DNA of 50,993 nt. Source: Candidatus Micrarchaeota archaeon. GTDB lineage: Archaea; Micrarchaeota; Micrarchaeia; Anstonellales; JAGGXE01. The notes beneath the pieces are model-generated. The model searched no databases. It was given only the letters and a program-made list of their open reading frames with translations, and was not told where the DNA came from. Both the position numbers and the translations under genes were made by a program. The stretch lies in assembly GCA_021163225.1 (NCBI GenBank), contig JAGGXE010000001.1:1-50993 (forward strand), written 5' to 3'. Of the stretch, positions 18,101 through 27,120 are shown piece after piece (position 1 is the first letter of the stretch; each line of letters begins with the position of its first letter).

Positions 18101-20608
18101 CTACGAACCTTTTATCGATTCTATGAACGCACCCATCTTTGTTATCGGTAGGAGTACTATGGTCCCGCGTTCGACCTCCAGTTTGAAGAGAACGGCCAAC
18201 GTATCCGGCACGGTTATCCTCTCGATAAACTTGTTCATCGTCGATTCGGAATCGAATACGATGAGCGTCTTTCCTTTATCCACTGTTTTTAATGCGCGTT
18301 TGATTATATTATAATCACCGTCAAAGATATGGACATACATCTTTCTACCGGAAACTGTGATCTCTGTATCACAGAGTTTTGATTCCTTAAGCGGTGTAAA
18401 TTTTACGACGTTGTCCACGAAGATATCTCTAAGCATTCTGAATAACACTAGATATAAACCGGATTTTCCGGATTCCTCGATCCATTTTGTCGGAAGATAA
18501 TAGTAATACCTCTCGTATACCAATCCCTTTGCGACGAGTTCGTCCAGAAGTATCTCCAGGTTGTAATCGCTGATATGGATGGGTTTACCGTCGTACGAAA
18601 GTTTCAGGAATCCCTTTTTGATCTCCTCAAGTTTAAGTGGCATATGTTTCCATGAATAGTCTTTGTTCACTTCGTCAAATATTTTTAACACATCATCTAT
18701 TTTGACAGATACCGTCGTAGATTTGACTACTGGAAAATCAGGTATATCTAAACCGTATATGATTTCCTCTCTAGGTTTTATGATTACGAACGCGAACACC
18801 AACGAAATGATCGTTACGATTGCCAAGAACGTATAGAACGGGTTGCTCAGTATAGGGTCTAACGGATTAGTTTCTCTGTAAGTTATTGTTTTCTTGATAT
18901 GGTATTTTTTGTTGAACACGAAATCAAAGGTGTGCTCACCTCCGCTAAGGTACAGGTCTTTCAGTTCGATGTACTGCACATTTCTGTACTCGCCAACTTT
19001 TTCACCGTCCACGTAAATCTCGACTTCATTAACTTTAACGCGTTCTCCATATTCGTCGCGAATGTCGAACGTTAACCTTCCTTTAACCCATTGAAGCGTC
19101 ATCGGTTTAACATCTACATCAACAATCTTCAGCATACCTTTTGCATAAATCCTATTCTCATCCCTTACAACCAGTTCGTATTCTCCGGGTGGGAGGTCAG
19201 TGTTGACGGTTATGATTTGAGGTGTTAAAGATGAAGAATAGGCTTTTGGTATCGGTGATTCGAACAACACCCGTCCCGCGGAAATAATCTGTATGTACGG
19301 GAATATCTCCACAGATTCGTTCTCCTGATAATAGATCCTTACGAAGATCGGCAGTCCGGTTATGTAGGAAGGATAAACTGTTTCCGGGAACACTATCCTG
19401 CCTTTAGCATCCTTTGTAATCTTCAGTACTTTAACTATCGATTTAACACCTTTAGACTCGCTTACAGATTGACCGATAAGTTTCAAGTATACCTGTTCTG
19501 TAGTAGGAATCGGTGCTGAAAAGAGGTCCACTGCCCCAGACTGATTAGTATAAGTGTAGGATTTCTGCGATAACGGTGCATGCCATCCGCTCTCATAGAT
19601 GAACCGTGCAACGTCCTGCGCGGCCACAGAGCCGTTATCCCATCCCGAATCCAAATACTCTGGAAAAACTGTCAGATAACCGTTGCCTATACGTATTACT
19701 GATATGAAACCGTAAGCCACATTCGTATCAGTGTTCTTGTATTCCATTCGGTATACTGGTTCATGCATATGCATCGGTTTATCAACAGTGAGACGTTTAT
19801 CTCTCGGTAGCGATTCGCTCAATGTATACCTGAAGCCGAGGAGATTTTTCGGTACAACGATGTTACCACTGGCATCTATCGCCTCGGAGAAAGGATACCC
19901 GATGTATATCACTACGATAGACCTGTTCATGATGTCTATCAGATTGGTTTCACCGTCCAACATTTCTACAGGTATCCTACCGCTAGGTATTATCAGTATC
20001 GAATCGTCTGGGATGATATCAACATTGTTCAGGCTTACCTCTGTTACACGGTACCCAACATCTCTTAACATCCGTTTCAACTCATCCTTGAATGATCTGA
20101 GATTTGTCGATTGAGGAGAATAAACCTGAGAGTTCAGGATATACACTTCATTACTATCCACGGTATCGTACGGGTAGATGAAGAAACCTGTTTCTGTCCC
20201 GTTTGTGTTGTAAGATAAATATGTGTGTACAACATCGCTCCGTATCGCAGACCCTTCTTTAAGTCTATCGTATGCAAGTATCTCTCCAGAGTATACAGTG
20301 TACTGGAATTTTGGTGCAATCTTAGGAGCGGCGGCGGAGCCGCCGCTTATACTGAGTAATCCTATCCCTATCCATACCCCTAACAGACCTAGAACGAGCA
20401 GGATCGCTACCAATTTTAAAGGTACACGAATTCGTGGTATGATCTTTTTCGGTGACTCACTCTCAACAGTGTACTTTCTTTTGATGTTGTATTTGTATTC
20501 GTTTTTGAACTTCTTCCGAATGGAAAACGAAAATTTTTTCTTTTTTATTCTACTGTCTAAAGATATCCTTCTTGTAGTTCTCTTCTTCGGTTTGGTTTCT
20601 TTAGCCAT
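18101..20608 (-). CDS. Large two-TM envelope protein (operon member 6), unknown function
   Basis: 835 aa. The order is a basic N-terminal tail, TM1 (LKLVAILLVLGLLGVWIGIGLL), a roughly 500-aa predicted external region, TM2 (FYTFLAIVTIISLVFAFVII) and a roughly 220-aa C-terminal domain. It is 27 nt downstream of the preceding gene. Confidence 0.7.
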   Translation of the reverse strand: MAKETKPKKRTTRRISLDSRIKKKKFSFSIRKKFKNEYKYNIKRKYTVESESPKKIIPRIRVPLKLVAILLVLGLLGVWIGIGLLSISGGSAAAPKIAPKFQYTVYSGEILAYDRLKEGSAIRSDVVHTYLSYNTNGTETGFFIYPYDTVDSNEVYILNSQVYSPQSTNLRSFKDELKRMLRDVGYRVTEVSLNNVDIIPDDSILIIPSGRIPVEMLDGETNLIDIMNRSIVVIYIGYPFSEAIDASGNIVVPKNLLGFRYTLSESLPRDKRLTVDKPMHMHEPVYRMEYKNTDTNVAYGFISVIRIGNGYLTVFPEYLDSGWDNGSVAAQDVARFIYESGWHAPLSQKSYTYTNQSGAVDLFSAPIPTTEQVYLKLIGQSVSESKGVKSIVKVLKITKDAKGRIVFPETVYPSYITGLPIFVRIYYQENESVEIFPYIQIISAGRVLFESPIPKAYSSSLTPQIITVNTDLPPGEYELVVRDENRIYAKGMLKIVDVDVKPMTLQWVKGRLTFDIRDEYGERVKVNEVEIYVDGEKVGEYRNVQYIELKDLYLSGGEHTFDFVFNKKYHIKKTITYRETNPLDPILSNPFYTFLAIVTIISLVFAFVIIKPREEIIYGLDIPDFPVVKSTTVSVKIDDVLKIFDEVNKDYSWKHMPLKLEEIKKGFLKLSYDGKPIHISDYNLEILLDELVAKGLVYERYYYYLPTKWIEESGKSGLYLVLFRMLRDIFVDNVVKFTPLKESKLCDTEITVSGRKMYVHIFDGDYNIIKRALKTVDKGKTLIVFDSESTMNKFIERITVPDTLAVLFKLEVERGTIVLLPITKMGAFIESIKGS

Positions 20609-20635
20609 TTTATTACCCAGTACGTGTTTTCAGGA

Positions 20636-21403
20636 TTATTTGAGTTCCAGATAACCGTTGGTAACAAGATAGTTCAGCACCTGTTCGACACGCGCTTCGG
20701 AAACACCGTAAACCTTTGCAAACTCCGTTACATCGATAGAACCGTCGTGTTCCGCGATCCATTCCTGTATCTTAACCGCCAACGTTTTGTCGGATATCTT
20801 CTTCAATGCATTGAGTGCGGCCGTAACATCCTCAAGCTTACGTTTGAGGTTGTAATTCTCGCGGGATAGCATTTCATTCGATTCTTTTAATCGTGCGATC
20901 TCCTTTTTGAGTTGTTCCAACTCTTCCTTTAACATATCGTGTTGTGCAAAGAGTTTATCATAATCCGATGACACGTATTCGGTCATGCTTTTGATCATAT
21001 CCTCCAGGAACATGTACAGTTGTTTTAACGGAACTTCGTAATCGTCCCCGACAAGGGTCAACAGGTTCAGAAAATATGAGGCGATGCTAAGTCTACGTCT
21101 CTTAGGACTCATCCCGGGAACGATACTGTATATTACGCGGACTCGGTCTCTTAAGAAATAGATTATACTGAACAGGTACGGTCTCTTTTTGATATCCCGT
21201 GTTTCGATGTTGATGACTGCAACACCTTCCCTGTACGGAATTACATCCAGATGCGAAACCGTTGATAACTTATTCTTCAGGTTTTCGATAGATGTTTTTA
21301 GGTGTCCTTCCAGTTCGAACCCGTCGACCCGTGGTTCGTTAACTATTTGCGGTTTCTTGCCCGTCTTTCCTTGTTTTTTGATCCTTATCTTCAAACCCAT
21401 CAC
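20636..21403 (-). CDS. Coiled-coil protein with C-terminal winged-helix-like domain (operon member 5)
   Basis: 255 aa. The heptad-rich segment is LKEELEQLKKEIARLKESNEMLSRENYNLKRKLEDV. The C-terminus IDVTEFAKVYGVSEARVEQVLNYLVTNGYLELK resembles a wHTH. Confidence 0.65.
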   Translation of the reverse strand: MMGLKIRIKKQGKTGKKPQIVNEPRVDGFELEGHLKTSIENLKNKLSTVSHLDVIPYREGVAVINIETRDIKKRPYLFSIIYFLRDRVRVIYSIVPGMSPKRRRLSIASYFLNLLTLVGDDYEVPLKQLYMFLEDMIKSMTEYVSSDYDKLFAQHDMLKEELEQLKKEIARLKESNEMLSRENYNLKRKLEDVTAALNALKKISDKTLAVKIQEWIAEHDGSIDVTEFAKVYGVSEARVEQVLNYLVTNGYLELK

Positions 21404-21411
21404 CTATCTAT

Positions 21412-21855
21412 TCATTTCTTTTTGACCTTTCTTTTTCTCGTTTTCTTGACACCGGTCCGTTTTCTACGACTCTTCAGCCATTCGTCGAGCGTCATAGTAG
21501 TCTTAGGTATGTACCGTGTGATAAACACGATCCCTATCATAAGTGCAAAGATTGCTATCAGCATTATCAGTGTGGTCATCATCCTTACGATATTCACAGC
21601 GCCCGTAATCGCGAACAAGATTCCCATAAAAATGACGGCTGCCAACCCCAACAATCCCCATGTTATCATGTTTCTTTCGTAACTTTTTCTCCTCTTAACA
21701 TACTCCTCCCAACATTCCCTACATACAACAAGCTTATACCCTTTAGCTATTCCCAACTTTTCTTTTATCCTCCTGATAGTTCTTATCACCAGATCCTCCT
21801 TTATCGGGACACCTTCCCTTTCTTTTTCACAGATTATACATATCTTTTTACCCAT
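21412..21855 (-). CDS. Zinc-ribbon plus two-TM small membrane protein (operon member 4)
   Basis: 147 aa with CIICE..CRECW, two hydrophobic helices and a highly basic C-terminal tail. Confidence 0.6.
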   Translation of the reverse strand: MGKKICIICEKEREGVPIKEDLVIRTIRRIKEKLGIAKGYKLVVCRECWEEYVKRRKSYERNMITWGLLGLAAVIFMGILFAITGAVNIVRMMTTLIMLIAIFALMIGIVFITRYIPKTTMTLDEWLKSRRKRTGVKKTRKRKVKKK

Positions 21856-21864
21856 GCGATCACC

Positions 21865-23439
21865 TTATTCCTCAAGAATTACCTGGACGATATCCTTGTC
21901 GCGGATACCCATCTTCTTCACGTCCGCTTTGGAGAACACAGTAACTATCGTGCTGTCATCGAGTCCCAGGTCTTTCAAGAAGGATGTGATGTTTCTTCTT
22001 ACAACACCGTACTTTTCAAGCAACAGTACGAACGATACGATATCCATATGCCTGTTCTTCTGTTCGAACAGTTTACATATCTCTTCTATATGCATATCAT
22101 CCAACCCGTAACTTCTCATCTTCTTACGAAAATCTTCCTTATTGAAATAAGCGGTCCTTGCCATCTTACCCCCTCTCAACTCCTCTTCAGAATATATACT
22201 TTCCATATCCAGGAAATATTCATACAACGGTTCCTCACCGATTACCCTATCTAACAGGAACGTGTTGGAGAACGTAGTAGCCTTTGCAGGTACGAGGTTA
22301 ATCGCGCACTGTCCAACACCGAACTTCATTATCTCATTCCGGATGTAATCGCTGAAGTTCAAAGAGTTTTGCAGATAGTCCAGATACTTTTCGAATTTGA
22401 CTCTGAATATGAACGTTGAACCGACGTTACTGAATATTGCTTCGTTAATATCGACCGGGTGCTGACTCGCTACGATCAAACCGAAGTTGTACTTCCTCCC
22501 TTCCCTCACGATCATAACTGCATCGCTGTTATCGTCCTTAGCCACTTTCCATGCCTCGTCAAGAACGATCAGAAGTCTGAGCCCTTTCTTAGCCGCCCAT
22601 CCGGTTGCACGCATCTTTTCCTTTATGAATTGAAGGATGGACAGTGCGGCAAGCGCACGGAACACTTCATCAGGTAACCCGGATAGGTCTATGTCTACCA
22701 ACCCTGACGATGTTATTTCATCCAGGTTTATCGTGCTCGGTGCGGCAAAAAAATCTTCACCCGGACGCGTGAACCTTTTGATTCTGTATATTGCGTTTTC
22801 CAACTCTGCAGGGAATTCGTAGGTTCCGCTTTTTAACTGTCTCTCCAGAATACGTTGCACATCTTTTAATGTGGGCGGTTCCAACGGTCTGCCCAACGAG
22901 TCCACCTGGTTACGTTTGTCCAGTTTAAAGTTTGCTTCCTTATACGCCTTTTCGATCGCCATCTCAGTAAGCCTCTTCTGTTCGGGATAATTCTCTATGT
23001 CCGTCAGTATCGCAAGTGTTCGCATGACTTGTTTGATCCTGTCCAACGGTTTCATCCCGCCAAGGTCCAACAGATTTATCGATGCTCCCTTACCCAGCGC
23101 CACTACCTTGCCTCCTGCTTGTTTAACCCAGTCCCTGTATTCACCTGCCCAATCTATAATAAGCGCGTTAGTGTTCCAGATAAAAGCAGCCCTGGTTAAG
23201 AACGTCTTTATAAAATAACTTTTACCAGCACCCGTAATACCGCAGACCGCGATATGCGGATTGGTCAGTTTTTCATAAGTCCAATTGAAAGGAATGTTGA
23301 ATATCTTGCTGAATCCTATAAATATCGAATTGGCTGGGTCATCCATAAGGAATTCGGGTGGAGGTTCGGGAGGGTAGACAAAGATGTTCCGTTTAGCCAA
23401 TGTGACATTGGACACTTCACATATCCTTAACCTTCCCAT
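21865..23439 (-). CDS. VirB4/TraC-like (AAA_10 / DUF87-type) P-loop ATPase (operon member 3)
   Basis: Walker A GITGAGKS (23218-23241), ALIIDWAGEY, Walker B LLIVLDEAWK, REGRKYNFGLIVASQHP. It has no TM segment. An extra C-terminal roughly 110 aa carries a duplicated GLDD motif. Confidence 0.8.
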   Translation of the reverse strand: MGRLRICEVSNVTLAKRNIFVYPPEPPPEFLMDDPANSIFIGFSKIFNIPFNWTYEKLTNPHIAVCGITGAGKSYFIKTFLTRAAFIWNTNALIIDWAGEYRDWVKQAGGKVVALGKGASINLLDLGGMKPLDRIKQVMRTLAILTDIENYPEQKRLTEMAIEKAYKEANFKLDKRNQVDSLGRPLEPPTLKDVQRILERQLKSGTYEFPAELENAIYRIKRFTRPGEDFFAAPSTINLDEITSSGLVDIDLSGLPDEVFRALAALSILQFIKEKMRATGWAAKKGLRLLIVLDEAWKVAKDDNSDAVMIVREGRKYNFGLIVASQHPVDINEAIFSNVGSTFIFRVKFEKYLDYLQNSLNFSDYIRNEIMKFGVGQCAINLVPAKATTFSNTFLLDRVIGEEPLYEYFLDMESIYSEEELRGGKMARTAYFNKEDFRKKMRSYGLDDMHIEEICKLFEQKNRHMDIVSFVLLLEKYGVVRRNITSFLKDLGLDDSTIVTVFSKADVKKMGIRDKDIVQVILEE

Positions 23440-23448
23440 CTCTCCACC

Positions 23449-24261
23449 TCATTCAACCTGTTGTTTGAGGAGTTCTATTGATGGAGGTATCGTATACTCC
23501 CATTCGAAACATCTCAACATCTCTTCTCCTGACAGAATTTCCACCTCGCAATTCAACGCATTGGATATAGTAGCCCTCAGCTCTTTGGCCTGCGCACGTG
23601 CAGCCGCGATGGCCGCTTCTTTTGTTACACCAATAGCGGTTGTCATTACGTATCCCACCATCGACATCGGTTTATACCCCTTTGAGAGTTTATCTATCTC
23701 TGCATCCCACATAGCAACCTCCCTCTCGTACCTGTCAAGTTTTAGGATATCCGGTTCCGGTTTCTCACGTTCGCGTTGGAGTTTGAGTTGCGCTTCAGCA
23801 CGTTTGGTTTCGATCTTCATCCTGTAATCGCTTATATCTTTCACATAGACCAGCATAGCAAACTTTGTAACGTATTTAACCGAAGATATAGCTCTCTCAA
23901 AATATTCTGAATAAACGATGTTTTCTTCCAACGTCTTTTCGGATGCGGATTCATATATCCGTACCGCGAGAAACATCGATGCATAATATACATTGTTGAT
24001 CTTCCTAACTATCACATCCTGGGAGGGAGGTATTTCGTACCCAGTATCTGTTAGGATTACTGTGCGTGTCATCTTTGTTATCATCGGGACTATAAAGTAT
24101 CCGTATTTGTACAGGATGTAGGCGATTATCGCACCACCTACCCCTACTATCAAACCCAAGACAGCGATAGCGCCACCTTTTATGAACGTACCCAACGCGG
24201 CCAATAACGCTATGCCGATGCACACATACGCAAACTTGCTTGGACTTAGATCTATAGGCAT
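23449..24261 (-). CDS. Membrane protein with two N-terminal TM helices and a coiled-coil domain (operon member 2)
   Basis: 270 aa. Hydrophobic helices are FAYVCIGIALLAALGTFI and AIAVLGLIVGVGGAIIAYILY. A charged helical region (KRAEAQLKLQREREKPEPDILKLDRYEREVAMWDAEIDKL) follows. It lies 9 nt upstream of the ATPase gene. Confidence 0.65.
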   Translation of the reverse strand: MPIDLSPSKFAYVCIGIALLAALGTFIKGGAIAVLGLIVGVGGAIIAYILYKYGYFIVPMITKMTRTVILTDTGYEIPPSQDVIVRKINNVYYASMFLAVRIYESASEKTLEENIVYSEYFERAISSVKYVTKFAMLVYVKDISDYRMKIETKRAEAQLKLQREREKPEPDILKLDRYEREVAMWDAEIDKLSKGYKPMSMVGYVMTTAIGVTKEAAIAAARAQAKELRATISNALNCEVEILSGEEMLRCFEWEYTIPPSIELLKQQVE

Positions 24262-24339
24262 CCATGACCACCGTTCTTATTTATTAACGTTTTAACAATG
24301 AGAGTGAAGTTTTTAAAACTTCTTCTTGACTGCACGGGT

Positions 24340-26361
24340 TTATTGTTTTTGTGTCCATAGGTTATCTGACACCCGGTTCTCCCTTATGTAGACCTCAGGG
24401 TCCGGACCATTGATCATCCTTTCCTTGGCACCGGGTCGGTCTGCCACTGCTAAATAATATATGATCTGTTCCCGTCCAGTCCTTTGGTCTTTGACTGTTC
24501 TTTTCCTGACGTACAAAGGGTCTCTTCTTATATCACCGATATATCCGAAATCCACTAAACATACGTTTCCGTCTTCATCTATGGTGAGTATACCATGATG
24601 GTTGCTCTCTGAGTGAGGTGATTTTCGCCAGAAGATATAACTCCCAACTTCTTCGTAGGATACTTTGCTATCGTCCTCTGGATTCAGCCGTACTTCCCGA
24701 ATCTCCCGTGCGTTGATGTACCTGCCGCTTTCATGTGTCGGGCTTTGTACATCTGTCATATATCTAAACAACTCGTTCGGGTCGCTCACATATTTCAACT
24801 GTTCGGGTTGTTTACCTTGATAAAAATCGTAAACGATAGAATCAGATAACCTGGTCACCACCGAAGCGAAGTCATAGCAATCTACATGATGTACACCGTA
24901 TTTCCAGCCGTAGTTATACGGTTCTTTCCAGTCGGCCAGGTCGGATATCACATAAGCCCAGAAAGCACGGTTCGCTTTTACGAGAGTGTTCATCCTTGCA
25001 GTTATGTTCATAGCGGGCGTGTACCTGTTTAAGAACTTCTCTTGTATGTTCGCCCACACCTTCGCATACCTGATCGCGCGTTCTCTCGTCTCAGGGTTTA
25101 ACCCTGTTTTCATTATGAAGAGTATGACCGTGCGGTTGACGTTCTGTAGGGTTCTGTTATAGCCCAGGTCATAACCGTCTCTCTTGCTTAACGAATAAGA
25201 TGGGAAGGTATCGCTTATGCTATCTATGGCTATCAGAACGTTTGTCAAATCTTCAGGGTTCGGTCCACCCAAATGGTCCTTCGAGATACCGTATTCAATA
25301 ACCTCTTCTATCAGACCTTCATCGATGATCGAGCCGGGCAGAACAGTTTTCACATAGGATAGGAGAAATGCTAAAGGTTTTATGCGTTCCATATCCTCCT
25401 TCTTCACCGCACGGTTTTCGAATACATGATCGCGAATTTCCAGGTAATTACCCACCATTTCAATCCGTTTATCAAAGGATAATTTGTCCATCATCCTTTT
25501 GAAGTCGGGTCCGAGGTCCTCTTCCAGTAACGTCATTATTTCACCGTAATACTTATCTATCTCATAAGTTAGAAACTGTACTAATCTGTTGGAATCCTTT
25601 GTATCATATGCACCGAGCTGTCTGATTCCAAACTCTCGGATAGCCTTCTGCTCAATGTACCATATTTCGGCAGGGACAGGTTTCTTACTGGATAACCTTT
25701 CCTTAAAGTCGAGAAGGTCTTCGGTAAACTTCTTCATCGGGTTATCGACAGGGCTACCTGACAATCCTTCCAAAATACTGGCATACTTCATCAGATCAGA
25801 CAGTCGTTTTAACAGTTTGTCCGCTTTGTCTTTGTCGGTACATTCTTCATAGATATCAACACCTAACACATCAGTGATGGCTAACGCGATGTTCTCCGGT
25901 GTCGGTTCTTCATACGCCTTCTTAGGTATTATCTCGGATAATACCGGACGTTTAGAGATCAGATTATTCATAAACTCTTCGAAACAATCCGTCTTTGTTA
26001 ACTGGTAGTTGTCAACGATTGCCATCACACGACCGAAACCAGGTCTTTCGATATTGGTAGTTGTGAAGAAGGTGACAAGTTGATCGGTTATGAAGGAATC
26101 CTTATACCCTTCCGATTTAATATAATCTAACACAACGTCCCTTATCCTATCCCTTTGGTTTATATCTACATCAATACCTGATTTGATTAAAAGACCGATG
26201 GTTAACCCGTACAACATCTTTGCAGTGGTCAGTTGTGAGGATGTTAACCCACCAACCTCATTAAACCTTTTTTCCGTATCATCCAGTATTGATCGAACAG
26301 TACCGTCATCAAGGTCAAAATACTTCTTTATATCCGAATGATAAAGCTCACGATACTTCAT
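24340..26361 (-). CDS. Large soluble protein with C-terminal papain-like (Cys/His) signature (operon member 1)
   Basis: The ORF track gives 24340..26469. I prefer the ATG at 26361 (MKYRELYH), because an A+T-rich TATA-like stretch and GATAGGTG lie just upstream. The C-terminus contains HHVDCYDFASVV and, about 90 residues later, NHHGILTIDEDGNVCLVDFGY. Confidence 0.65.
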   Translation of the reverse strand: MKYRELYHSDIKKYFDLDDGTVRSILDDTEKRFNEVGGLTSSQLTTAKMLYGLTIGLLIKSGIDVDINQRDRIRDVVLDYIKSEGYKDSFITDQLVTFFTTTNIERPGFGRVMAIVDNYQLTKTDCFEEFMNNLISKRPVLSEIIPKKAYEEPTPENIALAITDVLGVDIYEECTDKDKADKLLKRLSDLMKYASILEGLSGSPVDNPMKKFTEDLLDFKERLSSKKPVPAEIWYIEQKAIREFGIRQLGAYDTKDSNRLVQFLTYEIDKYYGEIMTLLEEDLGPDFKRMMDKLSFDKRIEMVGNYLEIRDHVFENRAVKKEDMERIKPLAFLLSYVKTVLPGSIIDEGLIEEVIEYGISKDHLGGPNPEDLTNVLIAIDSISDTFPSYSLSKRDGYDLGYNRTLQNVNRTVILFIMKTGLNPETRERAIRYAKVWANIQEKFLNRYTPAMNITARMNTLVKANRAFWAYVISDLADWKEPYNYGWKYGVHHVDCYDFASVVTRLSDSIVYDFYQGKQPEQLKYVSDPNELFRYMTDVQSPTHESGRYINAREIREVRLNPEDDSKVSYEEVGSYIFWRKSPHSESNHHGILTIDEDGNVCLVDFGYIGDIRRDPLYVRKRTVKDQRTGREQIIYYLAVADRPGAKERMINGPDPEVYIRENRVSDNLWTQKQ

Positions 26362-26490
26362 AAGAACACCTATCTCAGAGTTTACAAATAAAAAATGCAA
26401 ATAAAAATTTAAATCAATGTGTGCTTTCATCACCGGCCGGCCGTGTTCGAACCCAACCTTTTTTAACATCCGTAGTTATAGATAGGTCCT

Positions 26491-27117
26491 ATGGTAAAGG
26501 TATGTCCGAAGTGCGGTGCCACGGATAAAGAGAAACCGTTCATAGGCCCGTTTTGCGTGGACTGTTATAAACCCAACCTGAAACCTCCGACAAAGTTAGT
26601 GATATACGTTTGTCCGGATTGCGGACGTATACGATTGAAAAAGAAATGGATTGATTATTCTATCGAAGCCATCGAAGATTACATAGCCAAGCAAACCAAG
26701 GGCAACTTTGAACGTTTAAGCCTCGACATAGACCGTCAAACCGTTCGCTACGTGATTCGAGAGGGTTCCTCCTACATAGAACTGGATTTTCCTGTGAAGA
26801 TCGTGTTCAAAAAGGCGTTGTGCGACGTGTGTTCTAGGATACATGGCGGCTATTACGAAGCGATTATACAGATTCGCGGACCCGAATCAGAGGTTGGAAA
26901 TGTTAAATCGACCCTGACAAAATTGTTAAAACGTAGAACATTCATTGTTAAAGAAGTTGTTCAGAAGACAGGGGTTGATCTCTACGTTGGTGATAAACGC
27001 GTAGTTGTAGACGTTCTCTCTAAAATGGGATTTAAACCGCTACGCACCCGAAAGTTATACTCTGTGAGAGACGGTAAGAAAGTGTTTAGAGACACATTTC
27101 TGATCCGTCTAAAGTAG
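26491..27117 (+). CDS. NMD3-like ribosome biogenesis/export adaptor homolog
   Basis: CPKCG..CVDCY..CPDCG at the N-terminus and CDVCSRIHGGYYEAIIQIRG, characteristic of the NMD3 N-terminal domain. Confidence 0.7.
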   Translation: MVKVCPKCGATDKEKPFIGPFCVDCYKPNLKPPTKLVIYVCPDCGRIRLKKKWIDYSIEAIEDYIAKQTKGNFERLSLDIDRQTVRYVIREGSSYIELDFPVKIVFKKALCDVCSRIHGGYYEAIIQIRGPESEVGNVKSTLTKLLKRRTFIVKEVVQKTGVDLYVGDKRVVVDVLSKMGFKPLRTRKLYSVRDGKKVFRDTFLIRLK

Positions 27118-27120
27118 ATT

